The position numbers and the translations under genes were made by a program. DNA of 64,000 bases, from NCBI RefSeq assembly GCF_006345805.1, contig NC_042998.1, forward strand, positions 58,714,001 through 58,778,000, read 5' to 3'. Shown piece by piece: positions 1 to 13,545 of this stretch; within the stretch, counting starts at the first letter, position 1; every line of letters begins with the position of its first letter. Below the pieces are notes generated by a model, which was not told where the DNA came from, did not search any database, and saw only the letters and a program-made list of their open reading frames with translations. Source of the DNA: Octopus sinensis. Its lineage: Eukaryota.

Positions 1-200
1 AGAAATAAGTTGCGACGTCACTGATGCCAAGCTGTATTGGCTTTTGCCTCTCCCTTGGGATAATGCCAGAAGCACGGAGAGGGGAGGCTGGTACGTATGG
101 GTGATTGCTGGTCTTCCATAAACAACCTTGCCTGGACTTGTGCCTTGGCGGGGAATTTTCTAGGTGCAATTTCATGGTCATTCATGACTGAAAGGGCTCC
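1..200 (+). mobile_element. SINE family D, 3' part (other copies about 16130-16440 -, 32545-32680 -, 42475-42668 +, 57755-58033 -)
   Basis: Shared gtcttccataaacaaccttgcc...ctaggtgcaat block; full copies carry a tRNA-like head. Confidence 0.8.
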
Positions 201-1416
201 TTTATATGTATATTACAGTTGTTGTGTTTTGAATTACATGTATCTATTGGAAAGCTTCAGGTACACCTTCATATAGAGATCTGAAGGAAAATATAGATCT
301 GGAGTGATTTCACATGCTCTTTTCCTTTGAAATGATCCAACCTCAATACTATATTGTCAAACGAGCAGTAATATATTTTTACATTAAATAGTCTGGCATC
401 CTGCAAGCTAGGAAGTGAACCCTATGGTCACTCTACATATAGAAATAGTAGCCAAAATTTACTTTTATTTTAGCTGTGACCATCCAATGTTTTATATATC
501 TAAGGTTACAATGTCCTGTGACCCTTTCTTTGGATTGTAGGGAGTAATTTGAAGGAATTTAGCTGTTATTTCTAACAGATCAAGTGACTACATAGAGGCT
601 TCCTTATTAACTCCTCTAATTATTATGATCGTAATGCGTTTTAGAAATTGATTTTGTGTATTAATATTGTATTTGATATACGAATAGACGGGATGATTAT
701 GTACGGAAAACTTGATCATAAGTATTTGTAATTGAAGTTGATTTGAGACTAGTATATGCTTGTACCTTATTCATCCCCAAGAGTCTTCCAGTTGCATCCT
801 CTTTTATCCTTACACCCACATTCCCACTCCTCTGTGATCATCATAATATTAGATGAGCTAATAAGGGTCATTTATTATGTTAGAAATAGCAGCCAAATTC
901 CTTCAAATTACTCCCTTCCATCTAAAGAAAGTGTCACTGGACATTGTAATCCTAGATATGCAAAACGTTGGGTGGTCACAGCTAAGATACATTTGATCAG
1001 AGGTCAGCTTCTTTAAATTTAGCTTTTAAATCAGGTGGGAAGGCAGTGCTCATAACCATTTCTAGAGTCTTTTTTTTACTGGTGGAAAGATAGGAGGATG
1101 ATCTATTCAAAGTAGAAGTCTGACCTGAATACTTGCTACTGACCAGACACTGTTAAAGGTACCCAATGTGCCAGGTAGTATTAATAAGTTAGGCTACGGA
1201 TTGTCTCCCACCTTTGTTGGCCTTTACAGATACCAGTCCACCACTCTGGATTGATACTTTCTTTTCTTAAAAAGGATGAAAGGCAAAGTGACCATGGCAG
1301 GATTTGAACTCAGTGCATAAACGACAAAGTATTATAATGAATATATACAGTGCTTATCAAATTTAAAATATATATTCTATGATTATTTAATGAATTTTTA
1401 AAAACTTTCTTTCAAG

Positions 1417-1525
1417 GTCTACAGCACTGAAGTGTAAAAAGCCGTTATTGGTTCCTGTTGTAAAGGGTAGCTTTGAACAATCTCACAGAGTTACCATACT
1501 GGGAGCACTCCAAGGATTGTATGTT
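1417..1525 (+). CDS. aminopeptidase exon A (STALKCKKPLLV...LGALQGLYV)
   Basis: ttcaag acceptor, gtaagt donor; joins the next exon as LYV-PIEIRE. Confidence 0.85.
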
Positions 1526-2534
1526 GTAAGTAGATTGCCTTTGTATTGTTTCTTTGAAAATACTGTTAAGCTGGTTATCAAAAATTAATGACGAAGATCA
1601 AAAATCCTAGAATCTTTTGGTTATGTGATATTATTGCCTGTATGCCAACATGGTTATGCAATATTATTGTTTGTATGTATGGTAATCAAAAGATATCAGT
1701 AAAAAAGTTATGTGATATTATTGGTGCGAGGTAGTGAAAGTAGTAAAATTTGATCGTTAGGATAAAAACGGCTGGAAGAGATTCTGTGCTTTGGATAGAA
1801 GCACTCCGTCGGTTACGACGATGAGTGTTCCGGTTGATCCGACCAATGGAACAGCCTGCTCGTGAAATTAACGTGTAAGTGGCTGAGCACTCCACAGACA
1901 CGTGTACCCTTAACGTAGTTCTCGGGGATATTCAGCATGACACAGAGAGTGACAAGGCCGGCCTTTTGAAATACAGGTACAACAGAAACAGGAAGAAAGA
2001 GTGAGAGAAAGTTGTGGTGAAAGAGTACAGCAGGGATCACCACCATCCCCTGCTGGAGCCTCGTGGAGCTTTAGGTGTTTTCACTCAATAAACACTCACA
2101 ACGCCCGGTCTGGGAATCGAAACCGCGATCCTATGACCGCGAGTCTGCTGCCCTAACCACTGGGCCATTGCGCCTCCACATTCTGTGCTTTACTCCTTTT
2201 GAAAAAGAAAACTAAAGTATGTTGGATATCTGCATAAAGAGTGAAATATTGGTAACAAGCAACAGTTAAAGAGAAGATATATACACCGTGAAGAAGTACT
2301 CAGTTTAGCAAAGTAGAAATCTTGATAATTTCCTTCAATGAGAATATAACAATCTAGTCTCCTTCAACAACACCTAAGCATAGTCACTACATCTTTCCGA
2401 ATCTTGAAAAGCATTCAAATAAAATCTTCAAAATTGCTGTACATGCACCTTGGGCAAGTGTCTTTTACTATAGCCTTAGGCTGACCAAGGCCTTGTGAGT
2501 GGATCTGGTAGAAGGAAACTGAAAGAAGCCTGTC

Positions 2535-2576
<42 letters not shown>

Positions 2577-5500
2577 TCATCGTTTAGCGTCCGCTTTCCA
2601 TGCTAGCATGGGTTGGACGGTTCAACTGGGGTCTGGGAAGCCAGAAGGCTGCACCAGGCCCAGTCTGATCTGGCAATGTTTCTACAGCTGGATGCCCTTC
2701 CTAATGCCAACCACTCCGTGAGTGTAGTGGCCGCTTTTTATGTGCCGCCGGCACAGGTGCCAGACGAGGCTGGCAAACGGCCACGATCGGATGGTGCTTT
2801 TTACGTGCCACCGGCATGGGGGCCAGGCGAGGCTGGCAACAGCCACGAACGGATGGTGCTTTTTACGTGCCACCGGCACGAGGCCAGTCGGGGCGACGCT
2901 GGCAACGGCCTTGTTCGGATGGTTCTCTTACGTGCCACCGGCAATATATATATCTGTGTTTGCCCCCACCATCACTAATTTAGGCACAAGGCCAAAAAGT
3001 TTGGGGGAAGGGATTAACTAATCAAATCAATTCCAGTGCTTGAACAAATATCACCAGGTATTTTTTTTCCCGATGTCCTGACCTTGTGAATCAATTTACC
3101 TTTCCTGACAAGGCCAATGTTGGTGTGTTTACATCCTCGTAACTTAGTGGTTTGGCAAAAGCGACCGATAGAATAAGTACCAGGCTTACAAAGAATAAGT
3201 CTGTTCGACTAAAAGCGGTGCTTCAGCATGGCCGCAGTTAAATGACTGAAGCAAGTAAAAGAATTTTTTAAATTTGAAAGCGATTTGGCTGCTATGTTTA
3301 GCAGGTTAAGTGACTGTGTGGCGGCTCCTGTAGTTGTTTGACAAGTATATGCTATAAAAGCATCTGATCAAGGGACAGTACTCTGTTATGATTTTATCTG
3401 ATAATCGATTTTATTTCTAACTCAAAGATGTGTATCTAGCTAGAGTTTTTTTCTTTTTTTAACTGAAATAATTTCTTCAGCCAAACGACATCTCCGCTTA
3501 AATAAATGAAGATGAAGTAATTAGATATAATAGAGGTCACTCTGAAAAGATCTATCTACGACGATTTCATCTCAATCGAGGGAGAGGGGCTTTCTCCCTC
3601 CGGGTTGCAGATCCGTGGAATAAGCTGCCGGACGAGATAGTGAAGATGCCGACGACCGCTTGGTTCAAAGTCTCTCTTGACCAGAAATGGCCTGAACTCT
3701 TTGTATGACCACCCTCCCTGTATATAACTCCCTGTCCCCCTACATGGCTTTGCTTTTGCTTTTTGAGCCAATAAAAATTGAATTGTAAAAAAAAAATTTT
3801 TTTTAAAAGGAACTGAAACCACTTAAAAATGCCGTACAACATTTGTAACTTTCACTTGAAAACTTATCTTGGCATTTGACACCCCCCTTATTATATACAA
3901 GATTACCCCCTCCACCCTTAAATGTTTATTTTGACTGCATGGTTTTGTATGTATTTCATATTTTTAGCCAATTGAGATAAGAGAGGATGTGCCAGAGAGG
4001 GCTGTTAAAGCCGAAAAACTTGGAGTTTGGTTCTCAGATGCTTCTGTTGCAGATAAAGAACTGCTAGTATGCACAGCTTTAGAAGAAGGAAGGTATGTTA
4101 TAATTTAAGTTGGTCGAAATAGATAAAATTACGGATCTTTTCGGTTTGAATGGCAGTTTTTCTAGCGGTGTCATATGAAATTGTCACCCATAATTATGAC
4201 CCTAGAATCGATCTATTGCATTTCATTCTCTTTTAGGGTTAGTTAGGGGTGGGGGGAAGGGTATCTTTTTTTTTCTTCACAAATGTAAATAAACCCAATC
4301 TGTTTCTTAAACAAGGGACATATTCATATGGTACAGAATGCTTTTTAACTCACTGATTGGTTGAAATTGCAGAAATTGAAGAAAGACAAAAACAACAAAT
4401 ATCTTACAAACTATAGAATTTTCTCAATAAAGTCAAGTATAAACACATTCTACCAGTATACGAAGTTTAACATTTTTTAGTTAACCTAGAAATTATGTTA
4501 AAAACTGCCGTTCAAACCGAAAAGATCCAAAATTACATTCTACTAAAGTCTCACATTTTACAACATAACCTTTGTATTTTCTTGATACAGTTATTTCAAT
4601 GTAACAACTTAAATCAAATCTACTAAATTGACCATCAAGAACCTAGCTGGAAATAAAAATAGACTAAAATTATCACCTAGTACCTCTTCCTTCTGCCAGG
4701 AATGTTCTTGATTATATAAACCTCAATTCTTGAGTGATTCTTTATTTTATGGAAACCCCAGAAGAATAAAAGGCAATGTTGTGCTTGGTGGGACTTGAAT
4801 TCAGAATGTAAAGAACTGAAATAAATACTGCAAAGCAGTTTGTCTTATGCTTTAAAAGAAATTTGTACCTATTTACCACTAATAATGGTTTCAAATTTTG
4901 ACACAAAACCAGCAATTTTGAGAGTTGTGTGTGATTAAATTGACCCCAATGTTCAAGTGGTGCTTATTTTTATCAATCCTGAAAGGATGAAAAGCAAAGT
5001 CAACCTAGGCAGAATTTGAACTCATAATGTAAAGATAGACAAAATTCCAAAATTCCTAGCATGCTAATGATTCTACCATCACACCACCTTCAATTTATCA
5101 CTATTAATAATGATAATAATAATTATTATTTCAAGTTTTTGCCAAAAGGGCAGCTTAGGTGAGGTGGGGAAGAGTCAATTACATTATGGGTGAAATACTT
5201 TTTGTTATTATTGTTGCCTGGTAACTCAGGTAAGACCCAATCAAGCAACTTATGATCAAATGTATTCCACATGTGACCATCCTGCTGTTGAGTTCCATAA
5301 TATTAAGTAATCACTAAAAATTAGCATTTGTTTTCAATAAAGGCTCTCTGCTTTTCTTTGTAAAATGTATTATTAAAACTAAAATGTTTTTGAAAGAATT
5401 GTTTCTAATTTCTTAAACTTTTAGAGTGGTCACTCGAGACATTGGTGGGTCTGACCCAGAGAGGATGGCAGCACCAAAAGTGGCTGAATATGTGAAAAAA

Positions 5501-5769
5501 GTCTTGGGTGGTTCAAATTCTGACATTAAGGTAATTTCAATATTTACACTTAAATTTACAACTAATTTCAAGCTTATTAACATCGGATAGACTTTGATAA
5601 TTATTGATTATCTTCTTCAGCATAGATACATCTATGGCTGTGTGGTTAAGAAGTAAACTTCTCAAGCACATGGTTTTGGGCTCAGCACCACTGCTTGGTA
5701 CCTAACCTCAGATTGATCAAAGCCTTGTGAGTAGATTTGGCTGATAGAAATGGAAAGGAACCCTTATAC

Positions 5770-5802
<33 letters not shown>

Positions 5803-8800
5803 AGTCAATTCAGATAAATGAATAAAATTAATGGATAACAAAAAGGTGTGCACAAGGAGTGTGTTAGCTTGATGTTCTGAAAAAGGAGAGTTTGACATTT
5901 TGACCATAACCCTTCATCGAAAAGGAAAAGTCCAAAGAAGGAAAAGAAATTGCCAACAGCATGTGGTGTCACCGTGGGACTTGCACCTGGAAATATGTAG
6001 ACAGCATGTGCATATGTAAGAAAATGAGATGGCAAACAAATAAATGATTATCATACATATTTCATTAGTTTGCAACTGTTTTCTCTATAAAAGATGCGGT
6101 GGACTTGTAGCTGAGTGCTTCAGTAATACCTTATAGTATCATCAGAGCCTTGAATATGAAGTGCAATATATTAAAGCAGAAATGGCTGTAAGCTAATGAA
6201 GTTTGTAAGATAATCATTTATTCCTTTGTCATTTCATTTTATTACTGCTCTACACTTGTCTAAAACATCGTTCTGAAACATGCATATATTGAGTTCTACA
6301 CCAGGTTATTAATCTCTCAATGTATCTATATAGATATATATTGGGTTGTCCGGAAAGTTCGTGCCGATTTTTAAAGGTAAGAAAAAGGTTAATAAATACT
6401 TGCCATTACATTTTTAATCAATCAAATATGAGCCATTTTGTTGCACAATGCGTCTCCATCTTTCCTTTAACTTGAAAATACTCTCTTCCCAGAATTGAAG
6501 TGGTTTCCTGGTAAAGAATTCATCAAGGTATCTTTTTACATCATCCAAAGAATTGAATTTTTTACCATTAAGACTATTCTGCAGAAACCTGAATAAGTGG
6601 AAATCTGAAGGAGCAATATCTGGTGAATATGGAGGATGGGGTAACACATCCCAGCTGAGCTGCAGCAATTTTTGTCTGGTTCCCAAAGCATCAAGCACCG
6701 AAAATGAACTTTCTTATCATCCATTTTAAAGGGTTACAGAATTAACACAGGTTATAGGAACATAATTCTTCTACGAAATGATAGCTTAAGCTGTGCTCTA
6801 AATTGAGGTGTAGTCAAATCCTATTTTATGGACTCAACCATGTTCTAAAATAAGTCAAAAGGTAAGCTACTATAAATTGGCACAAACTTTCCGGACAACC
6901 CAATATATATGTCCCCCATGTGTGTGTCTTGTTGTGTTGGCCTTGCAAGGTAGCTGTAAACAAGTGTTGCCAAAATGGAAGAAATGTCATTCATTTCCAA
7001 TTTTCAATGTTGCTAAGTCCATTCATGGGAAAATATTACCTTCATTTAGAAACAAGTACTTCTGTGATCAAACTCAAACTTCTACATTTCCCTAGCTTAA
7101 ATATTTCGATAAACTCGGTTATGATGTATAAAAACATAAAGAACTCTTATTTTGTTGTGAAAATTTAATAAAATTATGCATTAATCAACAGTAACTCAAT
7201 TTTAATGAAGTTCTTTGCTTACAGTTCATCCAATGAATATGTTTTCTGTATATTCTAGATAACTGTCCAGTCAAATGTTGGTGAACTTGAGAAGAGCTAT
7301 CCACTCCTTGGAGCTGTTAACAGAGCAACTAGAAGTAAGTAGAGCTTTACATTGGAATTCTTATTTTACAAATAAGCTTTATTAGTTGATTAGTTTAACC
7401 ACCTTGAGTGATTAGTTTAAGCGGATCTTTTCGATTTGACCGGCAGTTTTTAAAAATAATTTCCACGTAACTAAACACTTTTAAACTTCGTATATTGGTA
7501 GAATGTGTTTATAAAACATCTTTTTCTCTTGGCTTTATAGAGAAAATTCTATGATTTGTAAGATATTTGTTGTTTTTTTTCTTCAATTTCTGCAATTTCA
7601 ACTAATCAATGACGTCTATTCAGGTGAAAACATTCTGTGCCGTATGAATATGTCCCTCGTTTAAGAAACAGATTGGGTTTATTTACATTTGTGAAGAAAA
7701 AATATACCCTTCCCCCCACATCTAACCCTAACTAACCCTAACCCTAAAACCGATTGAAATGCAATAGATCGATACTAGGGTCATAATTATGGGTGTCAAT
7801 TTCATATGACACCACTAGAAAAAACTGCCGTTCAAACCGAAAAGATCCGTTTAACCTGAATACCATTGATATTTAGACAAGGAAATTTGTTTTTGAAGAG
7901 CTTAGCCTTCTCTCTGGCACAAGATTGCCTTGTTATGTGATAATCAGGCTGTCTGGTCTCTTAATTTAGTTTTTAAGACTATCGTTTAATTTCATTTACC
8001 TCTGAACTCCATTACGTTTAGATAATAGCTTGTAAGAGTTGTTTCCCTTACACAAATATTTTCTTTTCCTCACGTAAATAAACGTAAATAACATCAATAT
8101 AAATACACATAAACACACACTTTGTGTGTTTGTGTGCATTTATATTGATGTTATTTACGTTTATTTTTAGTATTTTACTTTGGCTGGTCTTCCATTGCTG
8201 GTTGGGTCAAAGTTTAATATTTCTCCCAAATATTTTAATAAACCGGCGGCGAACTGGCAGAAACGTTTGCACGCCGGGTGAAATGCTTAACTGTATTTCG
8301 TCTGTTTTAAGTTTTATAGGCGTAGGAGTGGCCGTGTGGTAAGTAGCTTGCTTACCAACCACATGGTTTTGGGTTCAGTTCCACTGTGTGGAACCTTGGG
8401 TTATATGTATGTGTGCGTGTGTGTGTGTATGTTTGTGTGTCTGTGTTTGTCCCCCCCCCCAACATCGCTTGACAACCGATGCTGGTGTGTTTGAGACCGA
8501 TAGAATAAGTATTTGGCTTACAAAGAATAAATCCTGGGGTCGATTTGCTTGACTAATGGCGGTGCTCCAGTATGGCCACAGTCAAATGACTGAAACAAGT
8601 AAAAGAGTAAAACCATTAAAATATAGAAGGCACCACTTCGTAGTTGCTTGACCTGCTGTAAACGGTTGCCAAATTATGTCAAATTCAGACCAAGGGCTTA
8701 AGATAAAGAGAATACATTGGATGATGTAGTTCTTGATACACTACTTGTATAATAAAAGAGAGAGGGGGTGGGGCGCGGAGAGATCTTCACCCTTGAGAGT

Positions 8801-11800
8801 GATGAATATTTCTCTCTCCCCACTATTTCTTTTATTATACAAATAGTGTAAACATCATCCAGTGTATCCTTCTCTTTTTCTTAAGTCCTCTGTCTGAATT
8901 TAACATAATTTGGCAACAGTCTATAGCAGGTGAAAGGGTTACAGAATTAACACTGGTTATAGGAACATAATTCTTTTTCCATGAAATGATAGCTTAAACT
9001 GTGCTCTAAATTGAGGTGTACTCAAATCCTATTTTATGGACTCAATCATGTTCTAAAATAAGTTGAAAGGTAAGCTACTATAAATCGGTACAAACTTTCC
9101 AGACAACCCAATATATATGCGCACGTGCACACACACACACACACACATGGTGTGTGTGCCTTGTTGTCTTGGCTTTGCAAGGTTGTCTTAATAAGTAGGA
9201 AAGCAGACAAATCACAAATCCCTTGAGGTAGATGGCCCTGCTCGATCTATAGAAATGGCATAGGTAGAAACTCCATAAGATGTACCCAGTGTAAGCTATG
9301 GACACACATAAAAGATGCAGCAATATCAAAGGAAGGCAAACTGGGAAGATAGTTTTTGTGTGTGGCGAATGCTCAGTGGCAATAAACACTGAAAATGTGC
9401 AGAAAACGGTTTGTTTGCCAGAGGGAAAAACTAGAAGTAATTGATAGCTTCTGTTACCTAGGTGACCAAGTCAATATTGGGGGTGGATGCTCTGAGTGTG
9501 TAGCTGCAAGAATAAGAATAGCCTGGCTAAAGTTCAGAGAGCTCCTACCAGAGTAAAAGGTAGACTGTATGATGCATGTGTGTGAATAGCCATGCTACAT
9601 GGCAGTGAAACATTAGCCTTGACCACTGAGGACATGTGTAAGCTTGCAAGAAATGAAGCTAGTATGCTCTGCTAGATGTGTAATGTCAGTGTGCATAGAT
9701 GACAGTGTAAGTGCCCTGAGAGAAAAGTTGGACATAAGAAGCCCCAACAAGCCAAGTCAGACCATAACTCTGGCCTATGCCAGTGCAACATAACTGGCCC
9801 ATTTAAGAGTACCATTCAATCATTGGGCAATAAACTGTGCTTGTGAAGACCTGTTGAGTCAAGTGAAGTCATTGTCATGGCCGACGCCAGTAACGCTTAA
9901 CTGGCACCCATCCCGGTAGCATATAAAAAGCACCATTTGAGCATGGTCATTACCAGTGCTGCCTAATTGGCTCCTGTGCTGGTGGCATGTAAAAAACACC
10001 CACTACACTCTTCGAATGGTTGGTGTTAGTAAGGGCATCCAGCTGTAGAAACCTTGCCAGATCAGACTGGAGCCTAGTACAGCCTTCTGGCTTGCCAGTG
10101 CTTAGTCAAACCATCCATCACATGCTAGCATGGAAAGTGGATGTTAAACGACGACGATGATGATGGGCTTCTTTCAGTTTCCATCTACCAAATCCACTCA
10201 AAGTTTTGATCAGCCTGAGGCTCAAGGTACCACACAATGGGACTGAACCCAGAAACATTTGGTTGGGAAGCAAGCTTCCTGCCACACAGCTGTGCCTGTG
10301 CTTATGTACAAATTCTTTTTGCAAGGTTTCTATTCTTATGCCAATGTTCATTAAAAAAAGTATTTTTATGTCTTTTAAGACTTGGAGCGTCATGCAGCAA
10401 GAGTCCTCTTATTGGAATACACTGGCAGTGGGTCTACTGAAGAAAATGTCTATCTTGTTGGAAAGGTATTTTTATTATTTCATTATTAGCAGTTGTGTTG
10501 CTGAATACTTTAGTTTGGGATTTATTTGTATCAAATTTCTATGAAATAAGCTTTTCAGTGCTCCCAAATTATGGTTGAAGTTTGTAGGAAAAGCTAAACA
10601 AAAATGTAAAGAAACCCCAAAATATAGCATAAAAAACAGCTGTTTCTATGAGGTAGGTTGCCACAATTATTGAATTTGACTGCTCAATTAAGGTTGTTCT
10701 TCTTCACATGCTCTTGCCCAACCATATATATACATACACAAATAGATACATACAATAACACTTCACTTTACTAGGACCCACTGTACGAGACCCTGGGTTT
10801 TGAAATCAAAATCAAATTCGATGACTGGCATCCGTGCTAGTGGAGTGCTAAGAGCACCATCCGAGTGTGATCGTTGCCAGAGCAGCTTACTGGCTTCTGT
10901 GCTGGTGCAGCGCTAAGAGCAGCATCCGAGTGTGATCGTTGCCAGAGCAGCTAACTGGCTTCTGTGCCAGTGGCATGTGAAAAGTACCATTCGAGTGTGA
11001 TCGTTACCAGCGTCACCTTACTGGCACTTGTGATGGTGGCATGTGAAAAAACATTTGAGCGAGGTTGTTGCCAGTGCCGCTGGACTGGCTCCTGTGCAGG
11101 TGGCACATAAAAAGCACCATCTGAACGTGGCTGTTGCCAGTACTGCCTGACTGGCCTTCGTGCCAGTAGTATATAAAAGCAACCACTATACTCTTGGAGT
11201 GGTTGGCGTTAGGAAGGGTATCCAGCTGTAGAAACTCTGCCAGATCAGATTGGAGCCTGGTGCAGCCATCTCGTTCGCCAGACCTCAGTCAAATCGTCCA
11301 ACCCATGCTAGCATGGAAAGCGGACATTAAGCGATTATGATTGATGATTTTACAATAGATATAAGAAGATTAAACAACCATTTTGTGTGTGTGTCGCAAC
11401 ATTGCAACATGTTGCAACACTGGTTCTGATGCATCTACACAGCTGCACATAGCAACGGAATAAAAGCTTCTAAGCAAACAACTCTAGACTTGGTTTTTAA
11501 AAAGAAATCTACTAGTCTGTTTACAAGTGCTTGTGAATTGGTGATCACGTCTACAAGTGATGGTGTCTAGTGCAAGTGAAAGTGATTCAGAAAACGATTA
11601 TAATAATACATTATTTACATTTGACGGATATTTGTCCTCATCTTGTTTGTTGTTAACATAACATTTCGGCCAATATACCCTCCAGCCTTCATCAGGTGTC
11701 TTGGGGAAATTTCAAATCTGGGTTCTCATTACTAAGGTATTATTATTATTGTTTTTATTCAGGTCACTGCTTGGAATCGAACTTGGAATCTTGGGGTTAG

Positions 11801-13504
11801 TAGCCCGCAATCTTAATCACAAGATTCTGAGTTCAATTCCAAGCAGTGACCTGAATAATAACAATAATAATAATAATAATAATAATAGTAATAATAACAC
11901 CTTAGGAATGAGAACCCAAGTTCTAAATTTCCCAAAGACACCTGACGACGGTTGGAGGGTATATCAGCCAAAATGTGTTAACAACAAACAAGATGATGAC
12001 AAATATCCGTCAAATGTAAATAATGTACATAATTCCTCATCTCTTAAATATAGAACTGGATTATAATAATGTTTTTTATTATAAATGATCTTGACATTCT
12101 TTTTACTTTAGATAAAATATTCTTTCCATTCTACTGTTGTTTTATTGTCATTTATTCATGAGTGTTATAGATTTTATTGGTAAAATAGTTTTCTGGGAAT
12201 GAATTATGATTTATAACATTACTACTATGAGAAATTATTGGTCTATTTTATGAGATTTTGCTTTATGAGTGGTCTCTGGAAACAAATTAACTTTAATATC
12301 CAGGCATTACTGTATACACACCCGAGGATGAAATCAACATTATATATTGTGGTTGTGTGTGAGATTTGGTAGCCATTTTGATCTGTATCACTAGTGTTAG
12401 TGCTACCTCTCTCTTTTCCTTTCTTTCTTACTCTCAGAATCAACAACCTTGAAAAGACCAAGAAGGGAGTGTCCTCATCATGGTCACACTAAACCTTTCT
12501 CCACCACCCTGACAAAGAAAGAAAGAAAGACCTACTTAATTTTATTGACCCCCACCAGACTTTAAAATGCAAATATCACCTTGTTGGGATTTTGAATATA
12601 TTTAAAATTGCATTTTAAATTTTTTTTTAAATGTTTAAATTAAAAATTTTTTTTAATTTAAAATTTAATATTGCATTTTAAATATATTTAAAATGCAAAT
12701 ATCACCTTGTTGGGATTTTGATTACAACATTGTAATTTAATACTGACTTTATTTAGTCTCCACCAACACCCTAAGTGATATTTGAACTCCCAATAGTAAA
12801 GTACTTATTAGATATTAGAAATCTACTTGTCCTTTTATGAGTACTTTCTCTTTGTTGATTAAACCTGAATGGATGAAATTCAATGTAAGTGGAATTTGAA
12901 TTCAGAGCTCTGACTGTTAGTTTGCTGCCTACAAATCAATTATGGGCTTTTATTTACTCAGCTGTATACTTGGCCCACAAAAGTTGTGGTCTTGTTTCTA
13001 TGTTAGAAATCATTATCATTATTATTATTGAGTGAGAAAGCAGTGCATGCCATCAAAGTGACACTGGATAAAATATTCGATTATTATTAAGGCAGCAAGC
13101 TGGCAGAATTGTTAGCATGCCAGGCAAAATGCTTAGCGGTATTTCGTCTGCTGCTACGTACTGAGTTCAATTTCCACCAAGGTCGACTTTGCCTTTCAAC
13201 TTTTCAGGGTTGAAAAATTAAGTGCCAGGGAAATACTGGGGTCGATGTGATCAACTTACCCGCTCCTGTAAAATTTCAGGCCTTGTACCTATTGTAGAAA
13301 GGATTATTAATGTGATCAAATATTTTAAACTTTATTTTTGTGCTTATGCAGGGCATCACTTATGACACTGGTGGCCACGATATCAAAGCTGGTGGCCATA
13401 TGGCTGGTATGCACCGTGATAAATGTGGAGCAGCAGCAGTAGCTGGATTCTTTAAGGTAAGAAATTTATTTTCATTGATATTGTAGTGGCTGTTAAGGTT
13501 GGCC

Positions 13505-13545
<41 letters not shown>

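Noticed and set aside
2100-2179. tRNA gene candidates (also 36716, 44645, 11760-11820)
   Set aside because: A/B boxes run into SINE bodies, acceptor stems do not pair, and some copies have TSDs; these are SINE heads.
10830-11180. Regularly spaced repeats suggestive of a CRISPR array
   Set aside because: Whole units are homologous with no unique spacers; eukaryotic RTE UTR, no cas genes.
12561-12721. 35-bp direct repeat with AT-rich palindromic filler (and a 29-bp tandem duplication at about 14978-15036)
   Set aside because: Looks like local repair or slippage scars; no sign of function.
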